From: Gonapodya sp. JEL0774
Taxonomy: Eukaryota
DNA: 64,000 bases
Direction: 5' to 3'
Assembly (NCBI GenBank): GCA_027604505.1
Contig: JADIIX010000002.1
Span: forward strand, 248,001-312,000
Under the pieces are notes generated by a model. The model made no database searches and was not told where the DNA came from. It saw nothing but the letters and a program-made list of their open reading frames with translations. Positions 1 to 15,800 of the stretch are shown here, piece after piece (position 1 is the stretch's first letter; the number at the start of each line of letters is the position of its first letter). The translations under genes and the position numbers were made by a program.

Positions 1-3000
1 TGAGCGAGAATGGCAGGACAAGGCCGAAGCTGCAGAGGCTGAGGCCAGGAGGGCAAAATTGCAAAATGAATGGATTCAAGGAGAGTCTGACAGAGTCAGG
101 GAGGAGTGGAAGAAGTGGAGAGACGAAAAGGTGAGCGTTCTTAAATGGCTGTGACGAGCATCTTTATGAAGGTAACGTGATGAGGGGGCTTTGAATGGTT
201 CGGCGGTCGATCGATTGAGTATTCTATGTATAGAAATCTCAGAGTTTTCCTCCGTGAGGTTTGCTTCAGGAGCATGAACCACACATGCTTTAATTTGCGT
301 TGCGATCGCCCAGTTTCTTCTTTCTTTGTTCTCGAGATTTGACGAAAGGATCACCTTCCGCTTAGTCCTCTGAGCTTACCCGGCTCCTCACCGAGACATC
401 GACTCTGTCGGCTGCCAACGCTTCTAATGCATCCAATCTTGCTCATACCCGCGCTGATCTTTTACGTTCCCAGGCTGCCGAGGCACATTTGCGATCGCGT
501 ATCACGGAAATGGAACAGCAACTCGCAATGCAGGAACAAGGGTTTGCCAGTGAGATGGATTTACAGAAGCGACTAGCGGCAGCACTCCGTGAGAGAAATG
601 AAGAAGTGGAGCAGCTACTAAAAGAAATGGAGTCGGCCATAACAGACAGAGATGCCCGGGCCGACCGCGGGAGGGCTGAACTAATGAGGATGAGGGACGA
701 TGCTGAGAGACGAGCTGAGGATATGGAGGAAAGGGCAAGAAGGGCTGACGTGAGAAGAATCAGATTGGAAAGGAGGGTTGCCGAGGTGGAGGACTTTGTG
801 AAAGGCATCTTGGGCGACGACGTGTTGGCGCCCACACCACCCGAGGTTGGTGACGGTGATGAGGGCGGATCTGGGGCGGATGCGTCTTTCGTGTCGAGCG
901 CCGGGGGGGACCACTCATTTACATTTGGCAGTCCGTTGCCTCCATCCTCCGTTGCTGCGGGCGCAATTGTCCTCCGGGGTGCTGGCACAGGTATTTTGAG
1001 TGAAACGTCGAGAAAAGCGATCGCAGAAGTGAGGGGCAGGAAAACGTTTACAGAGGTGGTGGGTTCACGCTAAATCATCGATATTGGGCCCAAGTGTTGA
1101 GCTGACCACTGGGTGGGCTTTCAGTACACGGATTACATAAAGCTTCAGCGGCAGTTGCGAGACGAGCAAGCTAAAAATGCCGAGCTGACGAGGACAATGG
1201 ATGCGGTGATTGGCGAGCTGGAGGAAAAGGTGCGTCAGTTACCTTGCATCTGGGAGCAAGCATCTGCCTTGGGCAGCTCACACCACTTCGATGTTCGTAG
1301 CGCCCGATCCTCCAAGAACAAGGGCGTCATCTAGCTGAAGCTACGACGGAGATTGACCGACTCCGGGAAGCCCTGGAGCATTCTAGAGCTACCGTTCAGT
1401 CCCTCGAAATTGAAGTTGGTGCTCGGGATCAGCAACTTCGAGAAATGGATGTAGCGGCGAAAGATAATAAGAAAGGTTTGTTTCTTTCGGTCGATGACTG
1501 TGGTTTCTGGTTCGCTATTAATTGTCTGAATGGCCTGCGTGTAGCGATAAGTGACCTCCAGCTGCAAGTTTTCACGCTTGTCCGTGAGCTGGAAAGGAAC
1601 AATCCTTCTGTACCAAGCAACATGCGATCACCTGGAACACCTCAAGGCCCACAAACACCATTTGCCCTCGGTAGTGGCATGATTGCTCCCACAAGGGAAG
1701 AAATAGAAGAAGGCTCCCAGCAGCTGATCACCGTTCAGCTTGTGACATTCTCCGATCTTCGCACTTGTGTCCAACAGAATCATGCACTCCTCCGCACCAC
1801 GCGTAAGCTAGCTGACATGGTGGATGATCTCCAGCAACACTTTGGTGTTAAGGTAGCAGAAGAAGTTGAGAAGCTGACTGTGTCCCTTACAACGCGGAAT
1901 CGCCAGATACTGGAGGAGGTTAAGGCACTGAGAAATCGATGTACAGTGCTTGAGCAGGAGAGGGAGAATTCTCGCAGAGAGGTTGCAGAATTGAGCAGAG
2001 AGTTATCTTCCACGCAAAGGTCTCGGACGCTGAGGTCGCCGGTTGGGAACGGCTCCAGTATGATGCTCAGTTTCTTTTCGGAAGGCGATGACAACTTGAA
2101 ATCGAGGTTGGATGAAGTTCAACGGGAGTTCGCCGCTTACAGGACGGAGATTACTAAGGATAAGAGAAACGTGGAGGACGACAACCGAGTTTTGAATAAC
2201 CAGGTTGGAAACTTGAAGGTAGAGCTTGCGAAGCGAGATGCTACAGTGAAGTTTCAACAAGGTGGGGGTTACTAAACGACTAATGGTATTCTGGTCGCCG
2301 TCCCGTCACATTTCGCATCTTCTAATCATAGAACGCATCAATGATCTTGTAAGCTCGACATACAAGAATCTCGAGGAAATGCAAGGTTTGCAGGAATCCA
2401 ATCGCAAACTCACTGCCAAAGCAGATGATCTAGAGCGGAAAGCTGCAAATTCCTTGACGGATTTGTTACAGGTGCAGCGTGAGGCTGAAAAACTCCGAAT
2501 GGAGCTCTCTCACGTGAAGGCAGAGCGGGATTTGGCCCAAGTAAGTGAATGCAGGTATCTCCGGTTAATGCAAACACTAAAGATGATCAATTTGAAGGCC
2601 AATGAGACACGTACAAAGAGTGAAAAAGGCTCCGTTGAGGTTGAGCGTAATAGGCTTTCGGATCTTCTTCGCCAGGTTCAAACCTTCCAGACCGATAGGG
2701 AGATAAAAGAGGAGGAGATGAGAAGGAAAGCCGAGCGAAAGCTCGATGAAGCAGAAGCCGAGTTGTGAGTTAAACCAACCGCGTCCTCAATCCTGGTTCT
2801 GAATGGATCCGGCCGTTTTTCTAGATCCAAGCTCCGTGCGAAGATGGTCGACGACGCTGATGAATTCCGGACAATAAGTTCCGTAAAAGACTACGAAGCT
2901 CGAGATCTTCGCACTAAACTTCAGAAGGCTGTGAGATTCGCTTACTCGGAGAATGGAGAGGCTTTGGACCCAATTTCCTTTCTGTACTCCGGCCATAGGT

Positions 3001-6000
3001 CGATGAAGAGCGATCGCTTCGAGAGCGCCTGTCGACAATGGAGAGCATCAATGGGTCACTCCAAGCAGAGGTGGAGAGTCTCCGTGCACAAGTTTCAGAT
3101 CATCTCCACAAGATCGACACTTACGAGGCCAAGCTTGTTGCTGCCGAAAATGTGCCCGGTAGTGTAGCTTATCGCGAGAAGGAGTGGCAACAAAAGCTTT
3201 CTGGGATTGCGTAAGCTATCATCTTGCAATCAGGCGTCCGGTATCTGATTCGAGTTTACCGTTCCTGTGCTTACTTGTCAGCGAGGAACGTGATGATGCG
3301 TTGAGAAAACTGAAAGATGCGGATGAAAACATTGCGACTTTGACTGCCATTAGTCAGAGTAACGAGAACAGCCTTGCTATTGTGCAGTCAACGTACAGCA
3401 AGTTCAGGAATGACGCAGAAAAAAAACTCAAGGAAGCTGAGGTAATTTCTCTCTGCACCGGGACTTTAGTTTGACACGATGTGAAAGCTAACAATTTTTT
3501 TGACAGACGGACATCTCTGACTTGCGTCAACAATTGGAAGAAACCACCAGCTCCCTTAAGCGGTCAATGCAAGAGTTGAACGAGACCCAGGAGAAGGCTG
3601 ATGGAGAACGGAACGCCGCTCAGAATCGTCTACGAGAAATGGAGCAAAGAATCTCTCTTTTGGAGAAGTACGAGAGAGAGGTGGGCATACCACTAATCAC
3701 TTGTGCTTGCGTTGCCAGGCGCTTCTCAATTTTCAACATTTCATGCAGATGGATTCGATGCGAGACACCTTCACAAGTGAGGTCAATCAGCAGAAGCAGA
3801 AGTACGAGAGTGCTCACACAAACTACTTGCAATCCGTCGCGGAGCACGCGAAAACGATTACTGAGCTAAGCACAGTGCGGAGCAGCCTTGATCGCCTCAA
3901 GAGTGAAGTGGATGAGTATCGACAAGATGCCGATTCAGCACGGATTGCTCTCACCTTGTCTCAAGAGAGCTGGCAGAATCAGAAAGTTCGGATGGAGACT
4001 TCCCTGCACGAGAGGGAACAACGGTATGCGATGTTACCCCTCCGCTTTTCTCGTGTCGCTTCTCGAACTGCAATCCCTTGAAAATCAGAATCTCTGACCT
4101 GGAGGAGCAAAACACAATATTGCACGGTCAATTCGATCAACTAAGCGCACAGATCAGACGTTACAACGAACGTGTCTCTACGTCGACAGGAGAGTGAGTT
4201 GTTTATGGGACACTCTCGGTGCACTTATAACATTCGACAATCGATATTGTTTCTTCAGATCAGGAGAAGCTCTGTCAAACCCGGATCAGCAAGCGGTAGC
4301 CAGTGAGATTGCCAGCCTTCGAGATGTCGTGAAGTTCCTTCGTCGGGAGAGAGATCGTTTCCAGCTTGAGTCAGAGACGAGTGATCAGGAGAACAAGCGC
4401 TTGAAACAGAAACTGGATCAGCTACACAAAAGCAACGATGATTTGCGTGCAGCAATCCAAGAAGTGAGTAACCGCCACCCTCCAGCATGCATCGTTGCAC
4501 CAGACTTACTTGCGACTGCACACCAGGACCAAAATCGGATTCTGTTATCACAACAAGCCGGATCGGCGCAATCTGAGCTTCTCGAAAAGATCAACGAGCT
4601 GAACATCATCCGGGAGAGCAACAGCACATTGCGTGCCCAGAACGAGACAAATTTGAAGGAGGTACAGCATTTGCGTGCTGCGAACCAAAAGCTTGAGCTG
4701 GAGCTGTTTCCCCTTCGGAGTGAGTTGAAACATCGGCAACTGCGCCTCATAAATGGCTCACCCAATATGCTGACGTTTCAAAGACAAGGTGCAGGAACTT
4801 GAAGCAGAGGTTGGGGCACAAAAGTCTCTGAATGTAATGCTACAAAGTGAGGTACAGAAGTGGCGAGACAGAAATGCCCAAATACTTGCCAAGTACGAGG
4901 TATGTGGACTAATGCTGCTTTAGTAATATTTGACCTCTCTCGCAGTAACATTTTATGTAATGTTGTTAAGCGAATTGACCCCGTTGAGCACAATGAGCTT
5001 AAGCGCCGCGTTGGAGAACTTCAGAGTGCTATCGAAAAGGCCGAGGCAGAAAGAGAAACTCTTGTACAGTCGGTCCGAGATGAGCGTGATATGCTGAGGA
5101 AGGACGTGGATACTTTGAAGAACGAACTCGATAGCGCGAGCAAGGATGCAGAGGAAGCAAAAAAGGAGGCATGTGTTCTCTAGTGATTGCACTCGGAGTG
5201 AAGGGAATCTGACACACGTCTTTATGCTGTTGTAACAGCAAGAGAAGCTTCGACGCTTGAGTACCCGTTTCGCTTCCATGCGCGATTCATTCCAGCAGAG
5301 ACTGACTGAAGCTGAAAAACGAATAAACGACGAGGAAGAGAAAGGCAGGAAGAAAGAAGAGGCGCTCGGAGCCGCAACTAAGGAACTCGAAGCTAGGCAA
5401 ACCAAGCTGGTGAGTTGTGGCTTTGAGGTCTTTGGATTGCAGGTTATTACATATAAACCTGTATCACAACTCGCCACAAAAGACTGAACTGCAGGCGTCC
5501 AATGAGCAGTTGAGGAACGAGTACCAATCTGCGAAAGTGAGAATTCTTCCGTTGCCGGTGGGATCGCACTCACGCTGAAACACTATTTTTCTTCAACGTT
5601 CGTTGTCGAAGAACACACTCAGCACACAGGGAACACGGTACCAGACAATGATGAATCAGTTGGTTCGTTCTCGTCTCAAACCGAGTAATGATTTTACGTA
5701 TTTTCGTTCAGCAATTTACCGACTTTAATGTGTATCCACAGAAAAAGCAAAAGGAGGACCAGGCGCGCTTGAACAGTGTCGATTCGGAAAACAAGACTCT
5801 GAAGCAGGAGAACTTCCTTATCAGAGAACGCGTCACAAAACTTGAAAAGGACGCAAAGGTGCTTGAATCTCGAATCGATGCCGAGATTGCAATCGTGAAG
5901 AGCAAGGATCGCGAGATTGCGCAACTGACGTCAACGATTGAAGAGTTGAAGGACCAGATCCTGACGCTTTCTCATCCAAATACATCGGCAGTCTCTGGCA

Positions 6001-8398
6001 CTACGCCGCCTGGGCCACTATCTGACGGTTCTGGTGGCACTCTGCTCTTATCCCACCTTATCCCGGAAACTCCCGCTCTCCTTCAAGCACCGATGACTAC
6101 CCGCTCTGAGAACCTCAGCAATGTTTTGAGATTAATACCGGTTCGAACCGAGGTGCAAGATGCATCCGTTGCCGTGAACGGATTGAAAAGAGCCCGCGAA
6201 GAATTTGGGGACACTTCGCCAGAGACTCAATCCGAGGGTGCTGAGCCAGCGAGACTTCGACCAGATGCAGAGCCCTTCAGTCCAGGCCGTGTCACTATCC
6301 CAGATGGACCACCATCGAAGCGAGCTAAACTTGATGACGACTCCGCAGAGTGGACGCAACCACAGCCCACCGTCGCAGTTGTTGGTGATGATCGTTTCGA
6401 CGACTCATCAGCTTCCGCGCATGATGGAATGGCAAGTGCTGATAAATCTGATGCTATGTTGGAGGACTTTCAAGTACCACCGGAGGAGGAGACTGCAGAT
6501 GAACTGTTGACTGTTGAGCCAGACAAAGACACGAAGGAGGAGGTATCTGCGGAAGATGGGATCATGGAAACTCCAGAGAACTATGCGACGATCGTTAACG
6601 GTGATGTTGCTGAATTAGAAATGTTGGTCCCCACTGGATCAGATGAAACTGAGGCGGATGTGCCTAGGGACATGCAACAAGATTTGCATCTGGATTCAGA
6701 ATCGGAAGGCCAAGTCAATGAAACTCAGCAGGCGGATAGCGAAGCACTTCCAGACAACATAGATGCAGCTGAAATGGATGTTGTCACTCCGTCAGAAGTT
6801 CTGATATCGGAACCTGCAGAATCGAGTGATTTGAGTGGAAGTGGAGCACCTGGTGACACCGATCAAATGTTGGAAACAGGTGCACCAGAATCAAATGCAG
6901 CAGCGGACAATATAATGGATGCGCAAGTGGAAGGTGTTGGAGTTGGAGAGGTCAAAGCTGTCAAGACCGACTCCACGCTTGCAGATGCACCATCTGACAG
7001 CAGTGCCAACATCGAAGATGTTATCGCTCAAAGGGAAAACTACGAAGAAGGGGAAATCGAGGATTCGGGAGAAGAGGTAGTTGGTATACCTGAATCAATC
7101 GTAGAGCCCGCGGTTGTGGATGACAGGTGGGTGGTGGCAAACAGGAAACACACAATTGGAACTTGCTCATCGCTACCCACTTCCAGTGGTGGTCATGAAA
7201 AGACTCCTCCCACGGCCGAGAATATTTCCGCCTCCGTGAATGCGTTACCCGCGAGAAACGGTAACACACACCAGTGGGATGGAGCCAGTGCCGAGTTGGA
7301 ACCGACGGTTGCTGCCGCAGGTGGAGAGCAACAACACGGTGAGCCGGCCTTCAGAGTAAAACCATCTGCACTGAAACTCACCTCCAATGGTGCTTTTCAG
7401 TAGAATCCTCATCACTACCCGAGTCCCAAACATCCAACGAAGTCGGTGATGCCGGTCCAAGCAGCGCCGATCGGCCAGTATCTCCAACAATTGATCCAAT
7501 AGGGACAGAAGATACTATTCCGACAACAGCGATACCTTTACCCGCGGGGAATGTGCCGAACTTACCTCCACCCACAACCTCCACAACAGCGGTTCCGGAA
7601 TCCCCAGGAACCCTTCTGACAGCACCTCCATCAAGTGCTCCTCCCACGCCCGACGACATTGCATCACCAGTTCCAAGGAGTAGTATTACCGGTGTCCGTC
7701 AAATCACGCGAGGTGGAGGAGGCCGAGTTCGACTTGGGGGTCCGTCTCCGAGAATCCTATCTGCAGGCCAAGATGGGGGCTCAAGTGGCGCATCCCTGAA
7801 CTTGTTTGCGCCGCCAAACACCTCTGGTGGAGGATCTGTAACGCCACATGTTACGCCCGCAGCTACAGTGCAGCCCCCACCAGTTCAACAAAACGCTGTT
7901 CGACCACCTCCAATGACGCCGGCGACGCCCACACCCGGCTCAATTGGAGGGCCTACAGATGTTTCAAGTAATCTGGCTGCAAATATGGTGGCCAGGGAGG
8001 CAGCGTTGCGGGAGTTGATGAAATCTAAGGCCACCAAACTTAAGGCCGGCTCAGGCATTGCAGGAACCCAAGGAACCCCTGTCGCTTCTGCTCCTACCCC
8101 AACTCAAGGTCCACCCCGGCAATTGCGAAGTAGCGCCATACCAGATGCTCCGGTAGCTGCTGGGCGTGGAGTGGTAACAGCTCCTGTTTCTCGTTTGCTA
8201 CCTGGCATGGGTCGCGCTGCAAGTATAGCAGGCGCCGCTAGAGGTCAAGGACTATCAATCGCTGGTCGTGGACGAGCAGCCGTAATAACGGCGCCTGGGG
8301 TGGTAACTGCTCAGTTAGGAGTTGCGCGGGGGATTGTAGGAAGGGGCAGGGGTCGTGGAGCTGTGGGACAAGCAGTGCCAGAAGGCACTCCTCAGTGA
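1..8398 (+). CDS. MLP1: Nuclear pore basket protein TPR/Mlp1 homolog; multi-exon, 5' end outside the window
   Basis: Long coiled-coil exons joined by short introns. TPR/Mlp1-type motifs: QKQKYESAHTNYLQSVAEHA...SWQNQK...DLEEQNTILHGQFD, LRDVVKFLRRERD, LNIIRESNSTLR, WRDRNAQILAKYE|RIDPVEH. Acidic and Pro-rich disordered C-terminus ending in RG repeats; stop at 8396-8398. Confidence 0.85.
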
Positions 8399-8513
8399 CG
8401 GAACTTGAAGTTACGAAGATATGCACGAATACGCATTTCAATATATTTGTATATACAACTGACCGCCCAGTAAATTTTGGAAGAATGGAGAAGCAATGCA
8501 AGCATATCCAGTA

Positions 8514-10669
<2,156 letters not shown>

Positions 10670-10827
10670 ATGCGACAAGGCGGGAAGGAGAATGTTGTAT
10701 TTAATGGGTGTCCGAGAGCACAGTGACGACTGCGCACACGTTGAACATCCAATAAGCAAATGCAGTCAAAAAGGAATGCCGCAAAAAATCTACCCCAGAC
10801 TCTAAGTGCATAAATAAATACTGTGCT

Positions 10828-12493
10828 TTAAAGTCGAGCTTCGGAAGCTTGTGGTGTCACCCCCTTCTCGTCGTGGACTGGGGCTTTGGCCAATGCTTGA
10901 TGCAAGAGACTACTTACAAACTCGGCAGCGGCTAACTCCCCAAAAACAGTGAATCCCCATCGAGTCCTCGCACCACCGCCGCTCGCGGTCACCGAGGAGG
11001 GCACCGACCTGGCACGGGATACGAAGCCCACGTGCCCGCCAGTCGGGAAGAGAAGGGGGACAATGTATGGGTTGCTCTGCAGTTGAGGGATATCCACGTC
11101 CTGTTGATTCATGTCGGTTCATCACCATGCGAAAAGACTTGGCCTAAACTTAAAGCACACTCACCGAAGGGGCGAGGAACGGATCGTCTTTCGATCTGAC
11201 GATCAGAGTGGGCCGATTAATTGACGCCAAGTACGGCATAGGTGTCGCTCTCGCATAGTAGTCCTGTGCACCCGAATATCCGTGCAATGGGGCGATAAAC
11301 TTGTCATCTAGAATGGTGGTAACAGTTGGGAACTGTAAACCCCAGCTCAAACACTTCATTTTCTAGTAAAACTCACCGAATTCGCGAATAGTCTTGGCGG
11401 CTAATACTGCTCGCAAATCAACCTTTGAGTTGTGTGCAAAGTCAGCCTGGCGCTGTTGGACAATTTTCTTGACACCATTCACGAGGTAAGTGTTCCAGAC
11501 GCGGCCACCGCCTGTCTCTAAAGCCCTAGAGAAATGAGTTTTGATAGACGTTCAAGCAATGTTTCGGGCGGTGGTGGCCTCAGTGACATTCGAAGATATA
11601 TCGTTGGCGGCTGTGGACTCACGTCGCTCCCTCGGCAAGGTTCACTGTCAGGGGAAACGATTAAGGAGTGTCACGAGTCCGTGCAGGAAACAGCACCAAA
11701 TCCGTCACGAGTACCTACTAGGGGGAGAGACCAGCCCAGCACAAACAATGCGGGGGTCCAACTCCTTGGCTCTCCGTCCAAACAAGTTTAATGTAATGAC
11801 AGCTCCAAGAGAGATGGCAAAGATTCCCAGGGGAACTCGAGGGTGCTTTCTGAGAACGGCCTTGCAAGCGGTCTCGATATCCTCGAAGGCGCCAGAGTGG
11901 TACATTCGCTGCTGCCGGTTGGGACCTGTGGCTCCACGCATATTCTTTGCAAGAATTACACGATTTGATCTTGCCTCGCAATGGTGCAAACACTCGTCAA
12001 CGTGGGACTCACCAGAGCAACGGGACGAACTCTGGAGATAGATCGTATACATTGCAGTGAGCGTCCAGACAAGCGATTTTTGGACGACCGAGGTTGAATG
12101 AGAAAGTCCCTAACTCACCCACGATAGGCGAGCTCACGAGCAGCAAATGTCACTTGGTTTCCTGCTGCAGACCCACCGAGCCCATGTATGATAAGGCAGA
12201 TAGGACCTGCAGATAAGGGTGGTGACGAGGTGGGACGACCTCTCTACGACAGAGCTCTACTCACTGTCGTCCCCTAGCGCACTCCATGTGTCATTACGAT
12301 CAACGTCCATGTAGTCAAGGTCCAGAAAATCGTCGTCGGGGGTGTCTATCCGCCATCTGCGCACTTTGATGGCAGCTTCACTTGGGGACTTCACAAGGTA
12401 CGCCAGCACTGTCTGTATGTGGGGATTTGACAACCACGGAGCAGGTAAAAACGCTGGAGGATTGTTCTTCCAAGGGTGGATGGGTGAAGACAT
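10828..12493 (-). CDS. Alpha/beta-fold hydrolase, YheT/ABHD1-3/EHT1-like family
   Basis: PWLSNPHIQT, PDDDFLDLDY, IIHGLGGS, a 19-nt microexon (12013-12031, GVRPVAL), NMRG, RMYHSG. Nucleophile elbow AISLG, catalytic Asp in SKDDPF, catalytic His in GGHVGF. Confidence 0.85.
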
Positions 12494-12831
12494 GCTGTCA
12501 AGTCCACGATTGTATTTTAGGGACGGATATATTCAGAAGGCGGAGACAGATTCCGAAGGCAGCACAGTTGAAGTAGTTTGAAACACGGGATTTCAACCTT
12601 GATCATTCGAGACTGCTCATCTCGCCTTCAAAGTTTGGAGGTACCTTTGGGATCTTTTTGACACATATGATGGTGTGGGGGAGGAGAGGGGCCGCCGCCC
12701 AAACCCATGAACATACATACGTGTCAGCACACCGATATATCGAAGCTTGTGCGACTCACTGGAGCTCTGATGCCCCCACGGTGAGCGAGATTCGTAAACG
12801 CTTTCGAGAAATATTCACAAATGGGCGATGG

Positions 12832-15800
12832 ATGACCAGTAACCACAACGGACTTTGGGATCACCGTCCACATCTGATATTGTTCAATGCACCAACCAGA
12901 TCCAGCGGTCTCCTTCTCGCTTCTTTGGCTGCATCAACGCCACCGTTCCTTCTCCCTGCTCTTTATCACCCGTCCAGTCGGTCGAAGTTCACCTATCGTG
13001 ACGTTGCGACCTGCATATCGGGGGGAAGTTCTTGCAGCAGAGGGCCAGAATCACGGTGGCGAAACCCGTTGCTTCAAAGAAGACATTTTAGACGTCCGTC
13101 TGACCCACATTTTCGAGAAGCCGCGGTCGTAGGGACAGAGGAGGAGGAAAACGATCCTCCCCCATCCTTTCGCGAAGTGGACCTCCCTGCATTCGGATTC
13201 CAGGTGATAAAACCCATTGCATTTCGTTTGAACGACTTGCTGGAGGAACCGATTGAGGATTCCGTTTCCAAAGGTTGGAACAGGCGTTGGCCTCTGTTGT
13301 GAACTGTCAAAGTGTAATTATCTGAATTTTGATTCACAAACAGACGGTTTTGCACCACAATCCACTAATGCTCCGTCGCAACCTCAAGATGTGATTTCAG
13401 CGGGCGACGAGTCAACTTTGGGCACGGGTGAGTGTTTTGAGTGAATGCGACGTGTCGGGAAGCCGAACTATATTCGATGTTGCAGGCATAGAGGCACCTC
13501 ACTACCATTCTGGGTCTTTAAAACAAAATTTACCGGGCCTGGAACCCGAACCCGTGTCTGGTGAGGTCCCTGGACTCTTCGCAGAGAGCCAAAAGTCACT
13601 TCTCAGTAGATCCCACCACGGGTCTGGGCAACAAACAGATCTTGACGTCGAATCCGTGTCTCTACGGGAGAGCCTTGCCGAAATCATTCCCCTTCAAATC
13701 AAAAATCACCAAGAATCGTCCGATGACGTACTTGACGCCCTCAACATGCTGGAGGAATGGGTGGAGGCAACTGCTGTGGCAGAAGTCAGCTCGACATCGG
13801 CTGTAACTGATGCAGAGAGCACTTTCTCTGATGACGTTGCTGAAACAGAACATATTGCTCCCGTAGACAATATTTCGTCAACTGCCACTCCCCAGGAAGT
13901 TGCTGGCAGCTCCACGGCGACTGCCGAACTATCCCCGTGTAAGGAAGTACCCGTGTCTGCTGCAACACTCCAAAGTTTAAACGAGCTTGTCGGAGCCGGA
14001 GACACTTCCGCTGTGCTGTCGCTCCGGGAGGACTTGCCGCCTCTGGAAACCCCAACATCCGAGGATCGGAAGTTACGTGGGTTCTCCGCGAAAGCTTTAG
14101 ATCTTCACACAGTCCCGTCTCATTTACGCGCACGTTTAAACTAGAATGCCCCATCAATCCACACGGCATCCAAATGCTCCCACAAGCCCTCCGTGCCAGT
14201 CTGTTCCCTAATCCCCGTGTCGGCCCTCACCCTGCTCAGACCAATGTTGCCAATAAGCATCTCAAACACCACCGCCTCAACACGCGTGAACCCGACTTGG
14301 TCCCGCCTATCGAATTGCCGTTACCCAAACTAAAGGGGCAAGATATTTCGGAACATTTTTGGAACATAGGTGTAGAGCAAGCTGAGCCGTATTTGAGTAT
14401 GGCTGAGGGCTTTGCGACACTGGGCCTGGAGGAAATGGTGGACGGTGCAGCAGCTGCTGGTGGATTCGGCACACCCACTTGGACTATACCCCCCATGCCA
14501 ACGCAATGGGTGATGGAAGAAGGCTGGACCTTTTATCCTCCCCATTCACCGCGAGTACGGGATTCTTCCACCGCCAAGACTGCTCGCAAGTCGAAGAAGA
14601 CAACTAGGACGCCCGCCCCGCCTCCACCCAGGTCTGTTCCATATCCTCCAGACCAGTGCCTCGTTTTTGACATTGAAGGCGTCAAACGGGATGGACCTTG
14701 GGCGGTGATGGCTGTCGCTCTTGGGCCATCGGGATGGTACTCGTGGTGTTCACCACGAATCGTAGATTCCCGTCGTGCCAAAATTGACTCTCCAGAAGGT
14801 TGGCGGGACCTTCCTGCGGAACAGATGCTTATTCCCATGTCGGATCTTACCGAAAATGGGCGAAAGAAGGCAAAACTCTTAATTGGACACAATGTGGGAT
14901 TTGATAGGGCTCGGGTCCTCGATGAGTACCATGTTGATCAAGGTGGAGCGAGGTATGTGGATACTATGAGCCTGCACGTCGCGGTTGCGGGCCTAAGCTC
15001 GCAGCAGAGGGGAATTTGGCTCAAGGCGCGAAAAGATGCGCGAGAGGCGGCAGCTGGCCAGGACTTTGAGGAGTCAGGACAAGTGGCCTCAAAGCGCGGT
15101 GGTAGAAAGGTTGCTTCAAAGGAAAACGACGAGGAGGGTGTCACCGCACCACCTTCATTGCTGGACCTTCCGCCTTTGGACATTTATGAAGTCGCCAGCT
15201 CTTACGGTGTGCCCCTTACCGGGTCCGATGTGAAGGCAATCTCAGGCACTTTTTCGGCAACCTCGGGGACTAAGGAGTCGGGTAGCAAATCACCATTAGC
15301 TACGAAAGAAGATCCGAAATGGCTAGAAGAGACTGCAACTAACGCCCTCCACATTGTTGCCGAGCATTACGCCAATATTTCTCTGGACAAGTCAGACCGT
15401 GACGTGTTCATGACGGGTGGTGTGCCGGAAGTCGTGGAGCAGTTTGATGAGCTGATGACCTACTGTGCCAAAGATGTCTACGCGACGTACATGGTTTTTC
15501 GTGCCGTGTGGCCGAAATTTCGTGCAAAATGCCCTCACCCTGTTTCTTTTGCTGGTTTATTACACATGGGAAGCGGGTACCTTCCCACACAGCGAAAAGT
15601 GTGGGAAGGTTTCATTTCTTCAGCGGAGGCTGCCTACCGGGAACGAATGGAGGATATTGAGCGCCGCCTAAAGAGGCTTGCCGACGAGGCTGTTGCCAAA
15701 TCTCCCGAAGACGTGCGTCAGGACCCTTGGCTTAGGGCGCTGGACTGGACGGTTCCGAATTCTCCAGCTCGCAAAACTCCTAAATCGATCGCGCTGGCCG

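Noticed and set aside
170..260. GTGATGA (box C-like) in the first MLP1 intron
   Set aside because: No matching CTGA box D or terminal stem, so there is no support for a snoRNA.
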